A stretch of DNA of 58,638 bases, counting the filler, from Sphacelaria rigidula (taxonomy: Eukaryota), in assembly GCA_964200075.2 (NCBI GenBank). It is 10 parts of 10 records of this genome, joined end to end, with 100 filler letters (N's around TTAATTAATTAA, not from the genome) between each part and the next. Parts side by side here need not be neighbours in the genome. Positions count along the whole stretch, not along the records: positions 46,993 to 52,765 come from CAXNAA020024576.1; positions 52,866 to 58,638 come from CAXNAA020024577.1; 8 more parts are not named here. The stretch is one strand, 5' to 3'. Position numbers and translations under genes: made by a program. The notes below the pieces were generated by a model. It searched no databases. It was given only the letters and a program-made list of their open reading frames with translations, and was not told where the DNA came from. Shown piece by piece: positions 48,892 to 58,638 of the stretch (the first letter of the stretch is position 1; each line of letters begins with the position of its first letter).

Positions 48892-49170
48892 TATGGTCTA
48901 CACAACTACGGTTTGGTCTATATCATGCTTGTGCCTCGCTGAATTTCTCTTCCTTTTCTAGCATCGCTCCTACTCTATCGTTCAGAATCTTACAGAACGT
49001 TTTCCCTTACGTGCTCAGTAGCGTTACCCCTCTGTAGTTTCCTGGGTCAGCCTTGTCTCCTTTGTTGAAAAGACTGACGACAACTCCTTCTCTCCACCTC
49101 TTGGGTGTGTACTCGTTTTCTCAGATCCAGTTGTACAGCATGACCATCATGATAAGCATTCCTTTTCCCC

Positions 49171-51640
49171 GGTTCCAATTCCAATTTCACAAAGTGAAGT
49201 TGGTTTTTGCTGCGGGGAAAAATTCGACAAACTGTTTTTTTGCGACTCCGTTTTTGCGTCAATATTCTTGCGACGTGGTTGTTGCGATCGGATTCTTGCG
49301 ATAGTTTTATTTATTCTTGCGACCTGATTGTTGCGATCGGATTCTTGCGATAGTTTTTTTGCTAGATGTTTCCACTCCAAAATCCCTATCGATTTCGGTG
49401 TTTTGGGGATAACTTCGCCAAACAGACACCAAACTCATCCTGCTCCAAGGTGCACCTTGACACACAGCAGTTGCCGCTGTCCACTTAGTATGATCCTCCA
49501 AATCGAAGTCTTGAGTGTGAACCCCCAGCGTTTGGTGCCCATGCACAAGGAAGGATCTTCATCTAGAATCATCCTTCAAAACGTACGTGACAAGGGGGCA
49601 GCACCACCGTACAGACAGTAGCAATGCTAGCGGGTCCTATGTCCTGAGAGTCTGTGACAGTCTGGCAGCCGGTACGGTGGTTATGGTAGTGTCCTTCTAG
49701 CGATGTCAACTTACAGTGCACCGGAGCAGAGTTTGCAGGTGAATATTTCGGCGATTGCGCCTCACCTACAGTTCACCCAGATGTTGTGAATTTTTTCTCG
49801 ATATCACCGAGTAAGATTATTACATACATGTACAGGTGGAAACATACCAGATCCTCCGTCACTTTGTAGAGGTATCTCAAACTCGGCTCCCGGTATCCTG
49901 GTTTGTTTTGTTCTATTTTTTCAAGTGAAGGTGATGCCGATTCATCAGATGATGTGACCGTTTGACCGCCAGGTCAGGTCCTCCCATGAATCGCGATCAC
50001 TTTCACTTGAAAAAGTACTACACAACTCAGAGCCAGCGAATAAACCAGGATACCGGGAGCCGAGTTTGATATACCACTTATGAGTCGAGATGTACCAGAC
50101 CCTGCATTATATACGGAAATATACCCAACCGTGGACAAAATATTTCTACAGTCAGTGCGAACACGATGTTGGAAGTGTGATGCATACAGTGTGTTGTGTG
50201 GGTTGTCGTCCCATCTATTCTGGACGCCCGTCTCCACCTTTCGGTATATGTGAGCACAACAACCGCGGCTGTGTTACCATTCAGCTTCGACCAAGATACA
50301 GGCAGCCATTACAGCGCTGGAGGCGACTTTTCACTCCTGCGTGCGCCACCTGGGAAAAACTCTAACTGTAGTTGCAACGCGGACAGCTTTACAAAATGTG
50401 ATGTCGCGATATACTGTAGCGCGTGGCGCGATATCCTGCGTACACGTTTGCCGCAGATACAAGCGGGTGCATTCATGATGTGGGGAACTGCATAGAACAA
50501 CGCAAAATTAATTCAGGACAGGGATAGGCTAAGGATGTCACGTCCTGCGGTGTGCTTCGTCACCCTGCACCCTAACGCTGTGCAGTGAGCAGGTAGTACC
50601 GCCGAATGCGTCACGATGCGCTTAGTACACAGTAGTGTCGGATCCACACCTGTGGGGTAACCTCTGCATTGAATTAAATAAAACGCATTGAATGAAATTA
50701 CACGCGCGGAGAGCGTTAATTCAGAGCAGCATGCGCGCCAGCATTATCCGTGTTGTCGACATCGTGCCAGCGCGCTTGTGCACTACAGCGCTGAACTCCC
50801 CTGTGGCAGCCCGTCACAGTAGTTCTCCTCATGTTTCATCACGTTTTATTCGAAAACACGCAGAAGAGATGCCAGCGAGTCCATCGTTGTTGCACTTGAA
50901 TTGTGGTGAACCAGTTGTTTTCCGATAGAACCCCCGCATGCTGCGTGTTGTACCAAATAGTATGCCGTACCAGTTCAAAAATGAATATGAATTATATATA
51001 CGCCACCGACATGCTCTGGTTATCATGAACTGTGTACGAGGCGCGAGAAGCGTAGTTTTTGTCAAGCAATGCAAGGACGCAACTATACTGCAGTACAGGC
51101 AGGCAGTATGAAACACGTGATACGAACGACACACAAGACGAAGCATTTACATTATGATAAATACCTCGGCGTTTTGGTACTGAAACGAGTTCACCAGTCC
51201 GTCCACTACCTACCGTACGAAGAAAGCAAGGGTTGGACGAATCAAAGATTCGTTCGGAAATTACTCGATTTTTAGGGTAATTGATTCGTACCGTACGAAT
51301 CAATCCTCACGCGTTGCTTTCAGCGTTGCAACCCAGGTACGCATAGCCCAGGCGCATGGAGTGACGCAATAGTTGCGTGGAGACCTGTTTAACCAGCGGT
51401 CGACTTTTTTCTCTCTTTCGAGCAATCAGGCCTCAGAGATCGTGGATTTGGTAATTCGAATCGGCGATGATTCGTCCGAACCGTGGAAAACAGATGCCAC
51501 GTGTAAATTGCACAATACGTTACGGGCAAACCTTTTCACTTCAGAGTAGAAGGGCTCAGCCGAGACCACTCGGGGTTCACCGCCGGAATCCGAGACGGCA
51601 ACGTCACGAATGCTGATATAAATTGAAATTGGAAGCGCCC
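49171..51640. mobile_element. ~2.47-kb insertion into the LINE, probable non-autonomous DNA transposon
   Basis: LINE coding stops at 51641 (..RIRNEC) and resumes at 49170 (GKGM..). The ends carry the inverted motif TTCCAATTyCAATTT. There is a 49-bp subterminal tandem pair at ~49263-49350, and 51422-51486 is homologous to 17626-17690 on another scaffold. Confidence 0.75.
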
Positions 51641-54600
51641 ACACATTCGTTCCTTATTCTGTTTGCCCCTGCTGCCTCTCTGTTCTTGAGTTGAGCTACG
51701 CACTCCTTTACTTCATGTCGAGTACACTCTCTCTGCGATTCTGTCGAGCCGCTATCCTCTCGTTTCGACGTATCTACACTTGCTTCTGCCCACGCGTTGA
51801 TTTATTTTTCGAATTCTTTGTCGAATTCCGAGGTTGTTCCTGATGTTCCGAGTTTACGGTAATGCTCGACTAGCACTTCTCTCTTTTTCTTCGAACTACT
51901 GACCATTTTACCGTTCTATGCCCGGAGTGTAGAGCTATCCCCTTGTCCATCTTTCCTGCCTGGTTTCTCATTTTCCCTTTTATCCGTGCCCACACTTGTT
52001 TCATCTTGCCGTCGAAATCTTCACTTGTTTTTTCCACTACACCTTCCCAAACTTCCTTCTTTTTCTGCTGTACCATCGTTTTTTCTTCCTTCCGAGCTTC
52101 GGTATAGTCACCCCATCCTACCGTACTTTTGCTCGACATCAACCTCGCGTGGGCCTCTCTCCTTACTTTGATAGCCCCTGTCACTTCCTCGCTCCATTAT
52201 TTTTCTGCTCTGTTGCATGCGATCAGTTTCCTCTCTATGACTTTACTCGCTGTGTGCTTGACCAGCTGCTTCCATCCTTATACAATCCTCGTTCCTGCCC
52301 GATTTCTTTTCGGTATCAGCTGTACCGACGCGTTCTAACAGCGCGGGAAATTTCACTGCATTTTGGGCCAACTCCTCTTGGAACTCTTGCCGTTTCTCTT
52401 CCATAACTAGTTTATCGATTCTCCATATGTACATCTTCCTACCCCGCCTATTTCTTTCAGCTCTTGTCTGTTGGCTTTCAATCCATATCAGGCAGTGATC
52501 TGTGGTTCCCACGTCCTCGGCGCATACATGTACTTCCATTTCTTCACTACTGCCATGCTCTACCACTTTATAGTCAAGAACGGAGCGTTCAATCTTTCCT
52601 CTGCATTGCCTCGACCATGTCCATTGCGCCTCTGGCTTTGGTACTCTACCGTTCAGCGTCTTCATCTTGTTATGCTCAAGGAACTTGAGCATTTCAAACC
52701 CATTCGTGTTCTTCGTACCTACCCCGTATTGCCCAATGATATCATCCGCTTGACCTGCTCTTCCTNNNNNNNNNNNNNNNNNNNNNNNNNNNNNNNNNNN
52801 NNNNNNNNNTTAATTAATTAANNNNNNNNNNNNNNNNNNNNNNNNNNNNNNNNNNNNNNNNNNNNGGGGCATCCATTTTATCGACTGTACTGTAATTATG
52901 CTGTATTGTGGTGATGATGGTATATCTCAGCAGCCTGCTGCTGAGGGATGTTGCGTTTCAAAGGTAGCAGGTGTCTATCCCCGCATTGAATCGTTTCGCT
53001 GACGGCGGCGGTCGTCGCCGGCTCGTCGGCGCAACAGTATGAAGTCTCTCTCAGATACTCAACAAGAGGCGCTCGAAAACTCGATGACTATTCCAAAGAA
53101 GTATGTTTTCAGCATGCTTTGTTACGTGTTGCTTAGACCCAGGGGTTGCTCAAAAGATGCAGGACAATGAGTGACGGCGTTTTTTTGTTGGACTGCTCAT
53201 TACCATGCTTTCGCTGCCGCGCGCAGAAACGTCTCGGTCAGGGGCACGTGGTCGCAACCGGTTGCGAGTCCCGAGCATTTTGTACAAAATAAATGGAATT
53301 TCGATGGTCAGTTGAACCTCATAAAAATGTTTAACCTCAATAACGATTCCATGCTGTTTTATCGAACTTTTTTTCCGTTCGATATTCAACACTTCGAACT
53401 TGCATCTCCCACCAAATGCTATTTTTTTGCACCAATGTCACGACATTTGCTTCGGTGGCGGTCCCCCATGGGCTGCTCTGTTCTGTGGGGATGTGTACAA
53501 AGGACTACCTCACGTGTCATGAGCGAATGCCCTTTCACCCCTTGGCTTGTAGAGGACGAGTTCACCGATGAAACACGGCCGTCCTCTTACAGACGTTTTC
53601 GAGACAGAACCCAAGGCATGCCCGACGCTGCTGCTCATGGTATCCAAATTTGCGTACTCTCTCGTTCTTGCACGATATCAGGTACGCCTTTCACTGCAGA
53701 TGCGTTGGTATGTGGCGGCCACAACTGCTGCTGTTCGTGTTCTCGTTTTGTTCTCTTCGCAATGGTGGTACACGTGGGGTGGTAGCTCGGGGGCGTGCGC
53801 TCCCCGAGTACCGGTAGTACAGCAGCTGACCACTAGTGCACCAAGAGTTTCCACCCACTGGTCTGGAGCGAGTTATCCGGAGGAACAATATTACCTCAAC
53901 ACCGAGCACTCACAGGCTTGAAAATATGTACCATGTTACATGGTACATTTCATATGAGCCAGGTCGTTGTTTTTAGGTGACGCGTGTATTTTTGGCTCAC
54001 CCCCCACAGATAGGGGTCACTCAAAATGAAATGAGACATATTCGCGTTTTTGATTGACAACTGCACAGCCATCATGTGCTCGTTTCAACTCTGTGTACAG
54101 CACTTTGATCTCACCCCACTGCTGTGCAGGCCGGAACACAGCATGCAGCACTACAACTGTTCACGCACTCTCCAGCAAACATCACACTGTGATCGTCGTA
54201 GTGTGTATATACACACCAGCACAGCAACGACTACAGCGAAGAAATAATGGGTGAGGGAAGCGCCTTGTTCGTTTGACTGGAGTGTCTAGAGACCGTTGCG
54301 TGCCGACAGCATTATTTTTCGAAGCGAACGCCATGACAGAGGTAAAGCAACTGAGGCAGTCGATCCCGGCGGAGACCAAGCCGTCTTCGAAACGCCCGGG
54401 AGACACCACAGCGCAGCGACAGCTACAGCGCAAGAGACAGCGCATGAGTGTGTTTGTGCTGCAGCACAGTGATACAGGACATGTCCCATGCGATAGTTCT
54501 TCCCTTAATTTCAGATGGGCTCGATTTTTGCAGAGAGGCGGCTTTCAACCGCTGGGCCAATTTATTTCACCTTGAGTTATCTCCCTGATGCTGCTCTGCC

Positions 54601-54683
54601 TTGCCTTTTGCGGGATCAAGTGATCAGCGGTACTGTAGCTCCCTTGCGGGATTGGATGATACACCGTCGTTGTACTACAATTT

Positions 54684-54777
54684 GTCTGCTGTCTGCTGTG
54701 CGGTATCTGTGTGTACAGGAGGTTCTACGAGTTGTCTGCTGTCTGCTGTGCGGTATCTGTGTGTACAGGAGGTTCTA
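54684..54777 (+). repeat. Two-copy 50-bp tandem repeat
   Basis: GTCTGCTGTCTGCTGTGCGGTATCTGTGTGTACAGGAGGTTCTA occurs twice. Confidence 0.9.
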
Positions 54778-56586
54778 AAAATCACGACACTGTAGTAGGC
54801 GTGTTCAGGTTTTAAAAAGTAACACTGCAAACACTGCAGGACTGTGTTTGTTGTGTTCAGTGTACTACACTGTACTCCATATAATAGGGTCACGTTTTGG
54901 GCAGTTTTTGAAAAGTTCTGCTTGTTTATATGATTGTATTCTGAAAAAAACGAGACAAATTTCTGTCATAGAAATCCCATGCCGAATCTGGAATAGCCTG
55001 AGACAAAAACCAATTAGAAAATTGGAATATTTCGAACTCACGAGCGTGAGGCATACTTTGTAACGAGGCGTCCACGAGATTTATTGCTGATTTTAGTGTG
55101 CAAGTTTCTCCGCACCCGCCCCGGAAGATGGCTGCTCGGGCCAATGCCAATGCTACGGGGCCCGGTTAGCGGGTTCGTGCTTTACTTTGTGCGGGGGTAA
55201 ACATGCGTTCGCGACCGTCCGAACGGGCGCGCGATCGCGGTTGTCCTGCAATGTTTCCCGCGGGCATGAACATTTCGAGAGAGGATCTATTCTCACCAGA
55301 GCTTGGCAAGGCAAGAATACCGAGACCCTCTAAACCGACGGACGGGACGGGTCCCGTGAAGCTTGTAGAATAGTATAATAAGTGTCACATATAATCGCTA
55401 GACAGCACGCCAAAAATCGGGCATACGTGTACTGCTGCTCAACGTACATATCCTAGACTCGAGGAACAGAAGGGGCAATAGCTGCTCAAATATGGGAAAC
55501 CACAAAACGATAACCAGGCTTCTCACCCAACCCCCACGCCAACTCCACCAATTTTACGTCGTATAGAAGACCCAAGACGAAAGTGAAAAAAGAGTTTCAC
55601 GAAAGGAGAACGAATAACCCATACATCAACTCGGGCTATTCTCGCGTTTTTCCACACTTATGCCTGGTTTAATTCAAACGCACTTGACATTCCATTACTC
55701 AATTCAAGACAACGAACGACAAATAATCATCACTTACGGTTTCCACCTCAAGTCCAAAAAGACGCTGCCGCAGAACATCTCGAGCTCTTTGATCATTGGC
55801 AGCCCATAACGTACAACAAAAAATATTGTTCTGTAGGTTGAAGGGGGTCTCCATATTGAACAGCACCAATAACAACACTGGGCGGGGGGGGGATGCAGAT
55901 CTCGGAAGCAGCCATGTAAAAATCAAAATCCTCACCAACAAAAATGCAGACCAAGGCCAATAGACGGACGAGATCTCTACGCCCGCAAGGTTCATCGTAG
56001 GCTCGTCATCTGATCCACGTAAGATCAGTGCGTACGTGCCACTTAAAATGGGGCCACGCATCCTATGCGGCTATCATGCGCAGACCTGGCATTATGGTCT
56101 ACCCGCGTTGCCACACGCATAGAAACTCAGAGGACCACGGAACACAAAACGGGGGAGTAAAATGCAGTACTTCTATTTGGCGTTCGTCCGACGGAGGAAA
56201 AAGCACCCGCTGGCCTTAGAGCACGTCCCCGAGTACATGCAGCATTCCTGTACACCACATCAGTGAGCAAGACACCGACAGCAGCGGTCATTTGTCAACT
56301 CTAACACAAAGAAAATGAAGACGTATGCAAGGCAAGGCTTTTCTACTCCACCAATGCAGTAGATCGTGGAATATGCATATAGCAAAATACAGGGAGGAAG
56401 AGAAATAACATCACGTAACACCAAAAGCCGCAGGTTGGAAATTGATTGATCTCCGCTGTTGACGCTGCCAGAGGACACAGTACACGAGACAAAATTACAC
56501 CAGAATCAGGGGACCACCCCCACCCCTCCTCGCCCAATACGAAAGTATGACTCATCTCCCTTTTCCTTGCCCCTGCTCACAAGTCA

Positions 56587-58056
56587 CTACGCTACCAAAA
56601 TGGCAGCAACCGTCGCGAATACCGTAGAAGCCACGGTCAGAGCTAGCGCGAAGCTACAAAGGCCCCCATCGCGCGTAGCACCGTTGCGTATAGTCTCATC
56701 TCCGGAGCCCTCAGCGATGGGTCCCGTGACAACGAGTGAGTACGGCTGGCCCGCTGTGGTGAGGCTTCCGGAAGAAACGGCTACTCTCCACTCTCCGTCG
56801 TTGTCCGAGTCGATCGTATCCGACGGCACGATTACCCGCTCCACGACGTTGCGGTCATCCGCGCCGCTGCTCCACATTCGGTACTGCTCGCCGCTGGGTG
56901 ACACCACGGTCAAATCGAGGTCGTTGAGAAGCTGTGTGGAGGACCCTTCAGAGGCGGCAGGATCGATCCAGGCCAGCGTGGCGCGCAGATCGACCCCTGT
57001 CTTCTCGTTCAACAGGAAGTAAAACTCCACGATTTTGCGCTCCGGTATGCTACGCTCCGAGGCGTCCTGCACGAATAGAGCGCGATCTCCCGACGCGTCA
57101 AGCGGCAACACGGTCTCCAGATGTACACGGCCGAAGCCACGGTCACCGTCGGGTTGTGAGCTGCCGCCCATGAGATCCGCGCTGTTGATCAACATGGCCT
57201 GAATTTGTGTGTGCGGTATGGGCGCGAAGGGGCAAACTGCTCGGGGGTCGTCGCAAGAATGTGTCTTTTAGAAGCTCGACTCTTGCCGAAAGCCTTGCAC
57301 TGGGAACAGTGGGGAACAATTATTTCACGGCGATTGTAGCTGGGCGCGGAGGAACATCGGAGGGTAACCGCAGAAAGGTTCAATCTCCTTTGTAGAAGTG
57401 AATGGATGGACCGCCAGTGAAAACTTGCGACGTTCTACCCATCGTTGTTCGATACAAAACCGCACTCGTTATCACCCTTTTCTCGCCAAACAGCGTAATC
57501 GACCAGAGCGGGGATACATGCTGCTACAATGTAGTGCCACTTCGGAGGATAAAGTGTGCGTGCTTACTAGGAAACGGGGTATAGCGCAGTGCCTCGTGTA
57601 CAGGTGGATGTCCATCCAGCCCGCACGGGAGTGCTAAAGCGAATTGAAGAAAAAAATCGCCTCAAACATTAGACTATCAAGGCGTGAACGTTTTTGCCAA
57701 CGAATGCGGTCTCTTAATGGCTGAGTCGCGACTTGCATGACCCTGCTTTTGTATGGTCTCCTTCCTCAAGCCCTGGCAACCACCAGTCAGTGGTTTTCTC
57801 GGCTACAGTAGCGTGAATCCAAAGCTGCCACACATGCGTGTCACAACCAATCCATCATTCCATCATTAACCAGTCCGGAGCCTCTCCCTCAACCCCTCGA
57901 CCTTCAAAGCCTCCTCACCTTGAGGGTAGCTGCATATGGCGAGAAGGCTTCACACACGAATGAGTTGGTGGCGTTAGCAGAGATCGGAGCGGCACACAGA
58001 CCCCTTTCGTTCACGTCGGCTTCATAGAACTCAGGATCAACGAAGTATTGCCGAAT
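56587..58056 (-). CDS. Last two exons (57919-58056, 56587-57198) of a subtilisin-like S8 serine peptidase with a C-terminal beta domain and hydrophobic tail
   Basis: The spliced product is IRQYFVDPEFY...FSPYAATLK|AMLINSA...GFGRVHL...LRATLAWIDPAA...LLNDLDLTVVSP...NVVERV...QPYSLVVTG. These are hallmark post-catalytic motifs of KP-43/TagC-type subtilases. The phase-0 intron is 720 nt (GTGAG...CAG). The catalytic-Ser exon is not on this scaffold. Confidence 0.92.
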
Positions 58057-58545
58057 CTGTCAGTGCCACCCACCAAAGACAAGGGTATTGAACAAGCGAG
58101 GGGACAGCAATCAAGAAAAGACACACAGAACCAAGCAAGTGCGTTCACGTCGGTGCCCTTCACACACCTTTTTGCTCCACTGGCACGCACTCTTCAGAGT
58201 GTGCAAAGCAAGAGTCCATGTACCGGCGTTGGCAGGATTTTTTCACGAACTGCTTCGCAGAAGAAACACAATATTCCTTGCCAACACAAAAAAGTCCTCC
58301 ACCCACACAGAAGTAGACGGGCATGAGCGGAGAGTCGAAACATTCCTCAGGATGTAGCGAACATTACAGGGGGGGGGGGGGGGGGGGGGCTCCCCGTCAC
58401 TGCTGGGCTGTGCTGGGTCGACAGCAGCGTGCGAAAGTAGGGTGCTTAGAAGTGTGTAGGATTGAGTGGCGGAACACCTCCTGAAAGCGCTTCACTTTCC
58501 GTGAGCTGGCCGCCAATTTACATGATTGAACAACTACTTGGTTCC

Positions 58546-58548
<3 letters not shown>

Positions 58549-58587
<39 letters not shown>
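58549..58587. repeat. (ATT)n microsatellite; a poly-G tract lies at 58368-58388
   Basis: Read directly. Confidence 0.95.
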
Positions 58588-58638
58588 TCCGCACATTAGT
58601 CCAATCTAGAGAACGCGTAGTCAAAAACGAAGGGTAGC

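Larger units (their letters stand above)
46993..52765 (-). mobile_element. Decayed non-LTR retrotransposon (LINE): APE endonuclease + reverse transcriptase + C-terminal CCHC, RTE/RTEX-like; split into 51641-52765, 48892-49170 and 46993-48698
   Basis: Minus-strand motifs in order: APE C-terminus (SVLDY...TTDHCLIW), LKNREAAG, W.EGVVV.LF.KGDKADPGNYRGVTLLS, CVDHVYTL, CFFLDVQKAYDTV, GLMFADD, and a degenerate C...ESRSHIVTEC zinc knuckle. Many stops and frameshifts are present. Clade is inferred. Confidence 0.93.

Overview
This is eukaryotic nuclear DNA and is not one locus. It is ten unrelated short scaffolds (5775, 5774 x6 and 5773 x3 bp, sorted by length) joined by an artificial 100-bp spacer (44 N + TTAATTAATTAA + 44 N), so adjacency across spacers has no biological meaning. 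The ~50% GC, long GT-AG introns and gene families suggest a brown alga (inference). Most of the DNA is repeat-derived: a ~300-bp satellite with A/B variants, palindromic cores and an inserted MITE; a decayed APE-RT LINE split by two nested DNA elements; tRNA-headed SINEs; several nested or fold-back MITEs; and decayed transposase pieces (Academ-like Cys8 tail, possible Sola-like and piggyBac-like). Four partial host genes were rebuilt by hand from splice sites: an S8 subtilase with a hydrophobic C-tail, a Cys-paired repeat protein, a protein with three 84-aa helical repeats plus a pseudogenised duplicate, and a Gly/Ala/Ser-rich disordered protein. Nearly all other ORFs in the track are spurious. 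I see no CRISPR array, rRNA, true tRNA or multi-gene system. The best leads are the C-tailed LINE lying next to G-runs, the Academ-like fragment and the TGT...ACA MITE with a TTAGGG core.
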